This document shows positions 30,462-40,212 of a stretch of 64,000 bases of DNA, one piece after another. Both the position numbers and the translations under genes were made by a program. The notes under the pieces are model-generated. The model made no database searches and was not told the DNA's origin. It saw nothing but the letters and a program-made list of their open reading frames with translations. How positions within the stretch are numbered: position 1 is the stretch's first letter; each line of letters begins with the position of its first letter. The DNA is from Gammaproteobacteria bacterium (GTDB lineage Bacteria > Actinomycetota > Acidimicrobiia > Spongiisociales > UBA4744), in the NCBI GenBank assembly GCA_011682695.1, contig JAACED010000002.1, positions 1,314-65,313 on the forward strand, written 5' to 3'.

Positions 30462-31547
30462 GTGCCGCAATACCGCATAGCAGCAATCCCTGGGGACGGA
30501 GTGGGCGCCGAGATCACCCAGGAGGCCACTCGCATTCTGAACGCTGCTGCCCAGATTCACGGTTTCGACGTCGAACTCGAATCGTTCGATTGGTCATGCG
30601 ATTACTACCTCCAAAACGGCGTGATGATGCCGGACGACGCCCTGCCGACGCTGGCGGATTTCGACAGCATCTTCCTTGGTTGCATAGGGGACGCGAACAA
30701 GGTTCCCGACCACATCTCGCTGCAGCTACTCCTCGCGATTCGCACCGGCTTCGATCAGTACGTCAATCTTCGCCCGATCAAGCTCTACCCGGGAGTGCGC
30801 ACTCCGATCACCACGGCCACCCCGGAGACCGTGGACATGCTCGTCATCCGTGAGAACACCGAAGGCGAGTACTCGCGAGTCGGCGGCATCTTCAAGCAGG
30901 GAACACCGGAAAGCTTCGCGTTGCAGACAGGTGTGTTCACGTGGAAAGGATGTGACCGTGTCATCCGATACGCGTTCGACGCCGCCGTCCGGCGAAAGGA
31001 GACCATCGGCTCCCCCGGTCGCGTCACCAACTGCACGAAGTCGAACGCACTGAACTATTCGATGGTCTTTTGGGACGAGGTGTACGCATCGGTGGCTCAG
31101 GACTACCCGAGCATCGAGACGGACATGGCGCTCGTGGATGCCCTCACGATGTGGTTCGTCAAGAACCCCGGCTGGTTCGATGTGGTCGTGGCTTCGAACC
31201 TATTCGGCGACATCATCACCGACCTCGGCGCCATGCTCCAAGGCGGGATGGGATTCGCCGGCGGCGGAAACATCAATCCGGAACGAACCTATCCATCGAT
31301 GTTCGAACCCATCCACGGTTCCGCTCCCAAGTACACGGGCAAGCACATCGTCAATCCGATCGCCTCGATCGAAGCGGTCAGGATGATGCTCGAACATCTC
31401 GGCGAGAAAGAAGCGGCGGACAACGTTCAGCAGGCAGTTGCAGCAACCCTGGGAAAGGGCGAAGTCCGCACCAAGGACATGGGTGGAAACAACACAACCG
31501 ATGAAGTCGGCCTGGCCGTCGAGAAGGCGATGAGGGCGACCGCGTAA
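30462..31547 (+). CDS. Beta-decarboxylating dehydrogenase, tartrate/D-malate (TtuC/DmlA-like) branch of the IDH/IPMDH family
   Basis: GTG 30462 with an [63 protein letters not shown]. Confidence 0.85.
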   Translation: MPQYRIAAIPGDGVGAEITQEATRILNAAAQIHGFDVELESFDWSCDYYLQNGVMMPDDALPTLADFDSIFLGCIGDANKVPDHISLQLLLAIRTGFDQYVNLRPIKLYPGVRTPITTATPETVDMLVIRENTEGEYSRVGGIFKQGTPESFALQTGVFTWKGCDRVIRYAFDAAVRRKETIGSPGRVTNCTKSNALNYSMVFWDEVYASVAQDYPSIETDMALVDALTMWFVKNPGWFDVVVASNLFGDIITDLGAMLQGGMGFAGGGNINPERTYPSMFEPIHGSAPKYTGKHIVNPIASIEAVRMMLEHLGEKEAADNVQQAVAATLGKGEVRTKDMGGNNTTDEVGLAVEKAMRATA

Positions 31548-31573
31548 ACAGACGCCGCGAGGAGGTCCCAGCG

Positions 31574-32593
31574 ATGGCAAAGGTCAAAGTAGGTGTTGCG
31601 GGCTATGGCGTGATCGGCCAGCGTCTGGCCGATGGCGCCGCCCGGCAGGAAGACATGCAGGTCGTAGGTGTCGCCGATGTCGCCCCCACCCTGGCCGTAC
31701 GGGCACTCGCCGAACGCGGCATGCCCTTCGACCTCTACGCCGCCACTTCGGACGGACGGACCGCTCTGGAGGAGGCCGGCATCCCGGTCACAGGAGACTT
31801 CGACGACCTCCTCGGGCAAGTGGACATCATGCTGGACGCCACCGGGGCAGGTATCGGCGCCAAGAACAAGGAGCGATACGTTCAACACGGCATCAAGGCG
31901 ATCTTCCAGGGAGGAGAAGCCGGCGGTGTGGCAGACGTGTTCTTCCACGGCTACGCCAACTACGAAAAGGGTGTGGGGCGCGACTACCTGAAACTCACCT
32001 CCTGCAACACGACCGGCCTGATACGGGCGGTCGACTGTCTCGATCGTGCCACCGGCATCGAGAAGATCGCCGTCACGATCATCCGACGCGTCGCCGATCC
32101 GGGTGATACACATCGCGGTCTGGTCGATTCTCTCCGTATGGAGCCGATTCCCAGTCATCAGGCGGTCGATCTGATGAACATCATGCCCCACATCGACGCG
32201 ACAGGCCTGCTGGTGCACACTCCGGTCACCCACGGCCACATCATCAGCATCGTCGCCACCCCGAAACGCAAGATCGACACGGACACGGTCATCGAAGCCT
32301 TCCAGGCACATCCCCGCATTCGAGTCGTGAGGATTGCCGACGGGTTCACCACCAACACGTCCCTGTTCAACTACGCCCGCTTTCTCGGTCACCCTCGCGG
32401 AGACATGTATGAGATCGGACTGTTCGAAGAGACGGTCGGCATGTCGGGGGACGACGTGGTATTCGCCATCAACATCCCCCAAGAGTCCGTGGTCATCCCG
32501 GAAACAATCGATGGAATCCGAGCGGCCCTCGAACTGCAGACCGACCGTCTCGAAGCCGTCGGGCTGACCAACAAATACCTGGGTATCGGCTGA
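31574..32593 (+). CDS. Class II (archaeal-type) glyceraldehyde-3-phosphate dehydrogenase
   Basis: GYGVIGQRLAD, IFQGGE, SCNTTGL, IIRRVADPGD, AINIPQESVVIPETIDGIRA. These are class II signatures; class I has ASCTTN. Confidence 0.88.
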   Translation: MAKVKVGVAGYGVIGQRLADGAARQEDMQVVGVADVAPTLAVRALAERGMPFDLYAATSDGRTALEEAGIPVTGDFDDLLGQVDIMLDATGAGIGAKNKERYVQHGIKAIFQGGEAGGVADVFFHGYANYEKGVGRDYLKLTSCNTTGLIRAVDCLDRATGIEKIAVTIIRRVADPGDTHRGLVDSLRMEPIPSHQAVDLMNIMPHIDATGLLVHTPVTHGHIISIVATPKRKIDTDTVIEAFQAHPRIRVVRIADGFTTNTSLFNYARFLGHPRGDMYEIGLFEETVGMSGDDVVFAINIPQESVVIPETIDGIRAALELQTDRLEAVGLTNKYLGIG

Positions 32594-32612
32594 ACAAGAG
32601 ATCGGAAGCGTC

Positions 32613-33863
32613 ATGAAGATCGCATCGCTCGACGATTTCGACGTTCGCGGCTCTCGCGTCCTGCTTCGTGTCGACATCAACTCTCCGATCGATCAGGAGA
32701 CCGGCACGATCGCAGACGACAACCGACTGAACAAGAGTCTTCCAACGATCGAGGACCTGACGCGCGCCGGAGCGAAGACGGTAGTCATCGCTCACCAAGG
32801 CGACACGCTGGACTACCACAACCTCGTCTCGCTGGAGGAGCACGCTGTGAAGCTCTCCGAGAAGCTGAACCGCAACGTGTCGTTTCTCGACGACGTGGCC
32901 GGTCCGGCCGCACGGCAGGCGATCCTCGACATGGAGGACGGGGAGATACTCCTTCTCGACAATCTTCGCTTCCTCACCGAGGAGGTCTCCACGTTCGAGA
33001 ACGCGGTCAAGCTGACACCGGAGGAAATGACCAAGACCTACCTCGTGCGCAACCTTGCGCCGCTCTTCGATCTGTACGTCAACGATGCGTTCGCCGCCGC
33101 GCACCGAAACGCCCCATCGATGGTCGCGTTCCAGGAACTCCTGCCCACGGCGGGAGGACGTCTCCTCATCGAGGAGGTCACCGCCCTGTCGGGCATTGCC
33201 GAACATCCGGCTCAGCCGTGCGTCTTCCTTCTCGGCGGATTGAAGATCTCCGATGCCTTCGGAATGATGACGAAGATCCTCGCCGAGGGCACGGCCGATG
33301 CGGTGCTCACGGCGGGAATCACCGGACACATCATGCTCATGGCGGCCGGCGTCGATCTGGGGCCGCCCTCGGTGCAGTTCATCCAGAATCGGTCGCTCGA
33401 CGCCTTCGTCCCCCAGGCCGTCGACTACCTGCAGCGGTACGGTGATCGAATACGGGCGCCGATCGACGTCGCCGTGGACGACCAGGGCCGTCGGCGGGAG
33501 GTGGCCGTGTCGGACCTTCCGACCGACCGAATGATCATCGACATAGGCCCCGAGACCATCGCCGAATACCGCCGGGTGATCGGCGAGGCCGCCACTGTCT
33601 TCGTCAACGGTCCGGCCGGGGTGTACGAATCGCAGATCGGCGCCGTCGGCACGCGCTCTGTCTGGGAGGCCGTGGCCGCCACATCGGGACGCTCGGTGAT
33701 CGGAGGCGGAGACACGGTTGCGAGTGCACGCCGCTTCATCGACCTGGACGACATCGATTTCGTGAGCACCGGCGGTGGCGCACTGATCCGGTATCTGAGC
33801 GGCCAGCCTCTCCCCCTCCTGGCATCGATGGAGAAGGCCGCCGAAAGGGACCTGCCACGATGA
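32613..33863 (+). CDS. pgk: Phosphoglycerate kinase, archaeal-like
   Basis: LRVDINSP, AHQG, LLDNLRF, NDAFAAAHR, GGLKISD, NGPAG, GGGDT, STGGGA. Confidence 0.88.
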   Translation: MKIASLDDFDVRGSRVLLRVDINSPIDQETGTIADDNRLNKSLPTIEDLTRAGAKTVVIAHQGDTLDYHNLVSLEEHAVKLSEKLNRNVSFLDDVAGPAARQAILDMEDGEILLLDNLRFLTEEVSTFENAVKLTPEEMTKTYLVRNLAPLFDLYVNDAFAAAHRNAPSMVAFQELLPTAGGRLLIEEVTALSGIAEHPAQPCVFLLGGLKISDAFGMMTKILAEGTADAVLTAGITGHIMLMAAGVDLGPPSVQFIQNRSLDAFVPQAVDYLQRYGDRIRAPIDVAVDDQGRRREVAVSDLPTDRMIIDIGPETIAEYRRVIGEAATVFVNGPAGVYESQIGAVGTRSVWEAVAATSGRSVIGGGDTVASARRFIDLDDIDFVSTGGGALIRYLSGQPLPLLASMEKAAERDLPR

Positions 33864-34375
33864 GCGCCGACGGCGCGTACCTGCTCCCTGCGATGGAGTT
33901 GGCGCGCTCTCTGTTCTTGCGCGACGACAACTACTACGGGTGTGCCGAGAGCACGCTGGTCGCACTCCAGACGCTCTTTGGTCTCCCCGGCGCCGACGAT
34001 TCGTCCGCCGCCATGGCGCTGAACGGCGGAGTGGCCTACTCGGGTGGGGTGTGTGGGGCAATCTCGGGCGCGGCGATGGCAGTGGGCCGCCTCGTCGAGA
34101 GCCGAATCGACGACCATCAGGCCGCGAAACGCGTGACCCGCCGGCTCATCCAGAAGCTCATGGCAGCTTTCGTGTCCGAGTTCGCTTCGGCCGATTGTCG
34201 TGACCTCATCGACTACGAGCTCTCCATTCCCGAAGAGCACGACGCCTTCATCGAGAGCGGAGTCTGGAGAGCTACCTGCATGCATCTGATCGAGTTCTCG
34301 GTCTGGAACTTGTCCGATCTGGCAGACGAGAGTGTCTGGAGTCGGGCTATCGCGGAGTTGAACGAACCGGCGTGA
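33860..34375 (+). CDS. C-GCAxxG-C-C family putative redox protein
   Basis: YGCAES, GVCGAISG, SADCRD and C-terminal TC motif pattern; ATGA-coupled to pgk. Confidence 0.8.
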   Translation: MSADGAYLLPAMELARSLFLRDDNYYGCAESTLVALQTLFGLPGADDSSAAMALNGGVAYSGGVCGAISGAAMAVGRLVESRIDDHQAAKRVTRRLIQKLMAAFVSEFASADCRDLIDYELSIPEEHDAFIESGVWRATCMHLIEFSVWNLSDLADESVWSRAIAELNEPA

Positions 34376-34438
34376 CCTGTCCGGGCGCCGGTTCACCGGC
34401 CACGGCATGTCCGGCGCACTCCTGGCACAATGGACGTC

Positions 34439-34663
34439 AATGCCTTGGCAGGCAACATTTGTGGTGTCGATGCCGAGTCGGGGGCATCTGGTCGACATGG
34501 ATCGACCCGTCCCTTTCGTTCGCGTCGAGTTGTCGGGTCGATCCGATATCGATCGCAAGACCCGCACAACGAAGGCGCACCTGCAGGTGCGTCGAGGCGG
34601 AGAACGTAGCAAGCGGCGTTCCTGGCCGGCAGAACGCCGCAAAGGTTGCCGGTCGAGGCACTA
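34439..34663. repeat. MITE-like / structured-RNA repeat, copy 1
   Basis: Imperfect 26-bp terminal inverted repeats (34439-34464 vs 34637-34662; 20/26). The 102-bp core (34562-34663) differs from copy 2 by 4 substitutions and one small indel. Confidence 0.8.
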
Positions 34664-34671
34664 GGTTGAGG

Positions 34672-34701
34672 CGCCGACAGGCCAAACGCCGACAGGCCAA
34701 A
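34672..34701. repeat. Perfect 15-bp tandem duplication upstream of an RBS
   Basis: CGCCGACAGGCCAAA x2, immediately before AAGGAGG and the cupin start. Confidence 0.85.
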
Positions 34702-34711
34702 CAAGGAGGAT

Positions 34712-35116
34712 ATGGACATGGCCGGAACCTTTGTGCCGCATGCATCGGTCGAATTCGAAACACTGGACTGGGGGCAGCTCGGTTGGCTGTCTCGGCCGGC
34801 GTCCACCGGAGCGAAACAGCTCGTCGTCATCGATGTTCGGCTCGATCCCGGTGGTTGCCACAATTTCCACAAACACCCGGATCAAGAGGAAGTCCTCTTC
34901 GTGATCGAAGGGGCGGTCGAGCAGTGGATCGGCGACGAGAAGCACATCATGCGAGCGGGTGACGCCTGCTTCGTCCCGACGGGCACAGTCCATGCTTCGT
35001 TCAACGATTTCGATGGCAACGCAAAGTTGCTGGCCATCCTCGGTCCTTGCGTCGGCGAGGCCGGATACGAGCTTGTCGACGTGGCCGAAGAGGAGCCCTG
35101 GGCTTCACTTCGCTGA
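34712..35116 (+). CDS. Cupin-domain protein
   Basis: HNFHKHPDQEEV metal motif and GDACFVPTGTVHAS; AGGAGG RBS. Confidence 0.9.
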   Translation: MDMAGTFVPHASVEFETLDWGQLGWLSRPASTGAKQLVVIDVRLDPGGCHNFHKHPDQEEVLFVIEGAVEQWIGDEKHIMRAGDACFVPTGTVHASFNDFDGNAKLLAILGPCVGEAGYELVDVAEEEPWASLR

Positions 35117-35139
35117 CCGCCACTCGGTCGACAATTGCA

Positions 35140-35179
35140 GGGTGACAAGGCCGACTGACGGCGGTCGGCCTTGTCACCC
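35140..35179. terminator. Perfect 16-bp inverted repeat (terminator/attenuator-like hairpin)
   Basis: GGGTGACAAGGCCGAC-TGACGGCG-GTCGGCCTTGTCACCC. Confidence 0.6.
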
Positions 35180-35246
35180 GTACGATCGCAGGGCCGGCCG
35201 TGGCCGGTGCCGGCGGTAACCTGGTCTCCTATCCGTGAGGAGGAAA

Positions 35247-36149
35247 ATGCCCCTGCAGGATTGGCTGGGACCGACCGGGGTCTGGGGAACGTTTGACCAC
35301 TGGAGTGTCGGCCAAATCGTCGACTATGCGCGCCGGGCCGAAGAACTCGGGTATGACTGCTTCTGGGTCAACGAAAGTCTGGGTCGGGAACCGTTCGCTC
35401 TGCTCGGCCTGCTTGCAGCATCCACCTCCGGCATCCCACTCGGCCTGGGGGTCGCACCGATCCATGCCCGCGACGCCACCGCAGCGCATGCGGGGGCGAG
35501 AACCATCGCCGAGGCCACGGGCGGCCGGTTCATCATGGGCCTGGGAGTCTCACACGCCTCGTCGGCGGCCGCCAGGGGCCATGACTACACGTCCCCGCTC
35601 GCGACACTGGAACGGTACCTGCGCGAATACCGTGAGGCACCCTATCGGGCCGTGCTCCCCGACCATGAGCCGCCACTGGTCGTGGCCGCCCTGCGTCCCC
35701 GCGCTCTGCGGCTGGCCGCACGCACGGCCGACGGCGTCTTTCCCTACCTCGTAACCGCCGAATACGTGGCCCGGGCCCGGTCTGTCATCGACGCGGCTCA
35801 CGACGACCGACTCCACCGGCCGGCACTCATCGTCACCCAAGCGGTGGTCGCCGACGACGACCCGATTCGCGCCCGATCTGCTGCGCGCTCCTACCTGGCG
35901 GGGCATCTCCGCCAACCCAACTACAGGGCAAGCCTCATCCACATGGGATATCGAGAAGCCGACCTCGACGACGGAGGAAGCGACCGGCTTGTGGACGATC
36001 TCGTCGCTCACGGATCACGCCAGGATCTTCAGGCGGCCGTTGCGCGTATGCACGGGGCCGGAGCCGACCACGTGGCCGTCATACCCATATCTCCGCAGGG
36101 TTCTCGAGCCGACTGGGCCGGTCTCGAAGCGGCGAGGCCCGCCTCTTGA
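35247..36149 (+). CDS. LLM-class (probably F420-dependent) oxidoreductase
   Basis: ARRAEELGY..FW, GRFIMGLGVSH, VVAALRPRAL.LAA..ADG, GADHV; ATG 35247 with a GAGGAGG RBS. Confidence 0.85.
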   Translation: MPLQDWLGPTGVWGTFDHWSVGQIVDYARRAEELGYDCFWVNESLGREPFALLGLLAASTSGIPLGLGVAPIHARDATAAHAGARTIAEATGGRFIMGLGVSHASSAAARGHDYTSPLATLERYLREYREAPYRAVLPDHEPPLVVAALRPRALRLAARTADGVFPYLVTAEYVARARSVIDAAHDDRLHRPALIVTQAVVADDDPIRARSAARSYLAGHLRQPNYRASLIHMGYREADLDDGGSDRLVDDLVAHGSRQDLQAAVARMHGAGADHVAVIPISPQGSRADWAGLEAARPAS

Positions 36150-36192
36150 CCACCCTCTCCGGGAGGGACTATCGTAAATACTCGATAATCGA
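36146..36192 (+). promoter_or_regulatory. Sigma70-type promoter plus palindromic operator (site A)
   Basis: TTGACC (36146-51), N18, TATCGT (36170-75), N6, TCGATAATCGA (36182-92). Confidence 0.75.
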
Positions 36193-36237
36193 TGATCTGG
36201 CCAGGTGGGACCGACCGACCTGGCTTTGGAGGCGACG

Positions 36238-36606
36238 GTGGAACTCAAAGCCGTGACGAAAACAGAAGCGCGGGTCTTCAATCTGCCTGGCAGGGATTGG
36301 CTGCATTACATCGGTCCGGAGATCGGCGATGCCAAGAATCTGACCGTCGGCTACTCCGTGTTCCCACCGAATTCGGCCCCCGAGGGGCATGTCCACCCGA
36401 CCCAGGAAGAGGTCATCTACATCGTCTCGGGCAAGGGTGAGCTGGTGACACCCGAAGGCACGGCCTTCCTCGAACCTGGCACCTGCGTGTACATTCCTCC
36501 GGGTCTGCACCATCAGACGGTTTCCCACGGCCCCGGTCCCCTGGAAATGGTCACCTCCTTCTCTCCCCCCGTTGTCCCCGGCTCATACGAGAAAGACGAC
36601 GAATGA
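36238..36606 (+). CDS. Cupin-domain protein
   Basis: EGHVHPTQEEVIY and PGTCVYIPPGLHHQ; GTG 36238 with a GGAGG RBS. Confidence 0.88.
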   Translation: MELKAVTKTEARVFNLPGRDWLHYIGPEIGDAKNLTVGYSVFPPNSAPEGHVHPTQEEVIYIVSGKGELVTPEGTAFLEPGTCVYIPPGLHHQTVSHGPGPLEMVTSFSPPVVPGSYEKDDE

Positions 36607-36637
36607 GCGCCGGCGCACCGCCCAGACCGAGATCCGA

Positions 36638-37504
36638 ATGATGACGACCGCTCCGACCGTCGCCGAGATTGCCGATATCGCCCGCCGGGCTCGTATCCAG
36701 ATTCTCAAAGCGGTCGCCCATGCCAAGGGCGGCCATGTGGGTGGCCCATATTCGGCGGTCGACATGCTGGCCGCCCTCTACTTTCGAGTCCTCGATGTTC
36801 GCCCCGATGAACCGGACTGGCCCGACCGAGACCGGTTCGTACTCTCCAAGGGGCACAGCTCCATCGCCCTGTACACCGTCCTGGCGATGCGGGGCTACTT
36901 CGACATCGAGGAACTGGCGACCTTCGACGCGATCGACTCGAGACTCCAGGGCCATCCGGACATGACGATCACCCCGGGCATCGACATGTCGTCTGGTTCA
37001 CTCGGCCTTGGTTTCGCCGGTGCGCTCGGCATCGCCCTCGGAGCTCGTGCGTTGGGCAAGGACTTCACCACCTATGTGATGCTCGGCGACGGCGAGTGCA
37101 ACGAGGGGATCGTGTGGGAAGGGGCTCATGTGGCCAACCGCTATCACCTCGACAACGTGGTGGCGATCGTCGACCAGAACAACCTCCAGCAGTTCGGCTG
37201 GCGTGGCGACACGGCGACCGAACGCCTCACCCCGTATGTTGGAGACGAGCTGGCGGGCCGCTGGAGAGCATTCGGATGGCACGTCCTGGAGGTGGACGGT
37301 CACGACATTGGAGCGTTCCTGAACACCGTGGAGAAAGCCCAAGCCGTCTCCGAAAGCCCCGTGGTGATCGTGGCCCACACCATCAAGGGCAAAGGGGTCT
37401 CATTCATGGAGGACAATTACAGGTGGCACAGCAGGGTGCCGACCGAGGAGGAGTTCGCCACCGCGATGCAGGAACTCGGCGAGACGAAAGCCGGTGAACG
37501 ATGA
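36638..37504 (+). CDS. Split transketolase, N-terminal (TPP-binding) subunit
   Basis: GHVGGPYS, DRFVLSKGH, LQGHP, SGSLG, GDGECNEG, HTIKGKG, WH. Confidence 0.92.
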   Translation: MMTTAPTVAEIADIARRARIQILKAVAHAKGGHVGGPYSAVDMLAALYFRVLDVRPDEPDWPDRDRFVLSKGHSSIALYTVLAMRGYFDIEELATFDAIDSRLQGHPDMTITPGIDMSSGSLGLGFAGALGIALGARALGKDFTTYVMLGDGECNEGIVWEGAHVANRYHLDNVVAIVDQNNLQQFGWRGDTATERLTPYVGDELAGRWRAFGWHVLEVDGHDIGAFLNTVEKAQAVSESPVVIVAHTIKGKGVSFMEDNYRWHSRVPTEEEFATAMQELGETKAGER

Positions 37505-38454
37505 CCAGTCTCACGCCGGGGAAGGCCTTGAGAGTGGCCTTCGGCGAAACGATCGCCGAACTCGCACGAACCGATCCCCGACTCGTCGTCCTCGACGGCG
37601 ATACCGGGAGTTCCACCCGGACGGACTTGTTCGAAAACGAGCACCCGGAGCGGTTCTTCCAGATGGGGATTACCGAACAGAACATGCTCGGCATGGCAGC
37701 CGGCATGGCAACGCTCGGTTTGATCCCGATCGTCAGCACCTTTGCCTGTTTCATCGTCTCTCGGGCACATGACTCGATTCGGGTCTTGATCGCTCAACCG
37801 AAACTGAACGTCAAACTGATGGGCGGATACGCCGGCCTGCTTGCCGGGATGACCGGCAAGACACACCTCATGTTCGATGACATCTCCATCATGCGGGCAA
37901 TGGCGAACATGACGGTGGTCGCCCCCGCGGACGAAGTCGAGACTCGCCGGGCACTGCCCGCGATCATCGACCATCCCGGTCCCGTGTACTTGCGGCTGAC
38001 CCGCTCCAACTCGCCGGTTCTCTTCGACAACGACTACCGGTTCGAGATCGGCAAGGCAGTCACCCTTCGCGAGGGGTCTGATATCACCGTCTTCTCGACC
38101 GGGGTGCAAAGCGTCCGTGCGTACGAGGCCGCGCAGGTGCTGGCAACCGAAGGCATCGACGTACACCTCGTTCACGTGCCAACGATCAAGCCACTCGACA
38201 TCGATGCCATCGTGAGCGCTGCAAGGAAGACGAACCTGGTGATGACCTCTGAAGAACACACCATCGTGGGCGGCCTTGGTGGGGCGATCGCCGAGACTCT
38301 GGCAGAGTATCACCCGGTACCGATCAAACGACACGGCCTGCAGGACGTGTTCGGAGAGTCCGGACCCAACGAGGATCTCCTCGAGAAGTATGGTATTTCG
38401 GCGTCGAGAACGGCCGAGACGGTGCGTGAGACGGTCCGCTCGCTCAAGAGGTGA
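37501..38454 (+). CDS. Split transketolase, C-terminal subunit
   Basis: GITEQNM, STFACF, THLMFDDIS..RA, GPVYLR, EEH..VGGLG; ATGA overlap. Confidence 0.92.
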   Translation: MTSLTPGKALRVAFGETIAELARTDPRLVVLDGDTGSSTRTDLFENEHPERFFQMGITEQNMLGMAAGMATLGLIPIVSTFACFIVSRAHDSIRVLIAQPKLNVKLMGGYAGLLAGMTGKTHLMFDDISIMRAMANMTVVAPADEVETRRALPAIIDHPGPVYLRLTRSNSPVLFDNDYRFEIGKAVTLREGSDITVFSTGVQSVRAYEAAQVLATEGIDVHLVHVPTIKPLDIDAIVSAARKTNLVMTSEEHTIVGGLGGAIAETLAEYHPVPIKRHGLQDVFGESGPNEDLLEKYGISASRTAETVRETVRSLKR

Positions 38455-38469
38455 CCGGAAGGGCAGTCG

Positions 38470-39297
38470 GTGAAGCCCAGAATGGAACTGGAGAAGGTAG
38501 AGGGAACGCAAGTGAGCCAACTGGATATCTTCAGGCTCGACGGCAAGGTTGCCATCATTCCCGGTGGCAGCGGCGGCATAGGATCCACCCTGGCGCAGGG
38601 GCTCGCGGCAGCCGGAGCCGGCGTCGCAATCGTGGGTCGATCGGCGGAACGCGCCCAGGCCGTGGCCGACAGAGTGCTCAATGCCGGCGGGCAGGCGCTG
38701 GCGATCGCGGCCGATGTCACGCAGAAGGAAGAAGCGGACCGCGCCGTGGCCGAAACCGTAGACCGGTGGGGCCGTCTCGACATCATCGTCAACGCGGTCG
38801 GAGGCGGGGCCGGCAAGGTCCTGTTCGATGCTCAGGACTATCCGATTCGCGAGTGGGACTGGATCTTCGAGCTGAACGTTCGCAGCACCGTGCTCCCCAC
38901 ACAGGCGGCGGTCAAGGCAATGATCGAAGCTGGACACGGCGGCAAGGTCCTGAACATCTCATCGGTCCGGGGCCAACTCGGCATCAATGCCGGCTACTCG
39001 GCATACGTTGCCGCAAAAGGTGCAATCGATTCGCTGACGCGACAGTGGGCTACAGAGTGGGCCCGGCACGGAATCTGCGTGAACGCAATCGCCCCGACTT
39101 TCGTCGACACACCCCAGGTTGCGATGCTGCTGGAAGATCCAGACTTCAAAGCCGGCGTGGTTGGCCGCATCCCACTCCACCGGGTCGGCGAGACGACGGA
39201 TCTGATCGGCGCGAGCTTGTTGTTCTGCTCGGACGCCTCGTCGTTCATCACCGGGCAGATCCTCACTATCGATGGCGGATTGACCGCCACGCAGTAA
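38470..39297 (+). CDS. Short-chain dehydrogenase/reductase (gluconate-5-dehydrogenase/KduD-like)
   Basis: PGGSGGIG, NISS, YVAAK, VNAIAPT, DGG; alternative start GTG 38512. Confidence 0.9.
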   Translation: MKPRMELEKVEGTQVSQLDIFRLDGKVAIIPGGSGGIGSTLAQGLAAAGAGVAIVGRSAERAQAVADRVLNAGGQALAIAADVTQKEEADRAVAETVDRWGRLDIIVNAVGGGAGKVLFDAQDYPIREWDWIFELNVRSTVLPTQAAVKAMIEAGHGGKVLNISSVRGQLGINAGYSAYVAAKGAIDSLTRQWATEWARHGICVNAIAPTFVDTPQVAMLLEDPDFKAGVVGRIPLHRVGETTDLIGASLLFCSDASSFITGQILTIDGGLTATQ

Positions 39298-39324
39298 CCA
39301 CCAATCACAGGGAGAGCCAGAGAA

Positions 39325-40179
39325 ATGCAGAACGTCACACCCAACGTATTCACGGAGACGAAACTCCGCGGATGCAACCCGAGCTATGTGACGACATCGG
39401 ACGGCGTGGTCGTCATCGATACGCCCCAGCTCCCCACCAAGGCGGTCGCCATGCGTGAAGAGGCCGAATCTCACGGCCCGATCCGCTACCTCATCAACAC
39501 AGAACACCACGTCGACCACATCTTTGGCAACTACTACTTCAAAGGCGCAGGCACCGTCGTGCACCACCAAGGTGTCTACGACGATTTCATGGTCGTCGGC
39601 CCCGAATTGGACCCTTTCGCGTACGCCGCGGAGGCGATCCCGACCGATGACCCGGACGGCGAGGCCATCTTCCCCAATCGGGATGAGTACTACTCGGACC
39701 CGAACAAAGGTCAGATCGTCTTCTCCGGGAACCTGACGCTGCGAGTGGGAGACCATACCTTCGAGCTGATCCACACCCCGGGCCACACGCCCGGCCAGGT
39801 GGCGGTACACGTCCCCGAAGAACGAGTCGTGTTCGCCGGCGACACCGTCTTCTGCCAGTGTCAGACGTGGCTGATGGCCTCAAATGTGGACCAGTGGCTG
39901 GACGCCCTCGACACGATCCGAGCACTCGACGTCGATCACATCATTCCGGGCCATGGGCCGGTCACGACCAAGACCTATCTCGATATGCAGCGGGCCGTGC
40001 TGCTCGAGTGGAAGACGGCTGTGGCGGTCGGCATCGCCAAGGGCTGGTCGAAAGAAGAAACGATCGAACGGGTCAACTTCTCGGATCGGTACCCGGTCGA
40101 CATCGGCCAGGAGTACATGATGGACTACATCCAGAACCTCAACGCAGGATCCCTCTACGACAAACTCACCGCAGTCTGA
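39325..40179 (+). CDS. MBL-fold metallo-hydrolase (cyclase-like group)
   Basis: VVIDTP, NTEHHVDHIFGN, HTPGHT, GDT, PGHG. Confidence 0.88.
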   Translation: MQNVTPNVFTETKLRGCNPSYVTTSDGVVVIDTPQLPTKAVAMREEAESHGPIRYLINTEHHVDHIFGNYYFKGAGTVVHHQGVYDDFMVVGPELDPFAYAAEAIPTDDPDGEAIFPNRDEYYSDPNKGQIVFSGNLTLRVGDHTFELIHTPGHTPGQVAVHVPEERVVFAGDTVFCQCQTWLMASNVDQWLDALDTIRALDVDHIIPGHGPVTTKTYLDMQRAVLLEWKTAVAVGIAKGWSKEETIERVNFSDRYPVDIGQEYMMDYIQNLNAGSLYDKLTAV

Positions 40180-40212
40180 GATCGAGCGTTACGACCATTC
40201 GAGGAGTGTGAG

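Noticed and set aside
33860-34375. Selenocysteine recoding in the C-GCAxxG-C-C protein or the Mo-enzyme
   Set aside because: The motif positions are ordinary Cys codons; no in-frame TGA interrupting a conserved domain was seen
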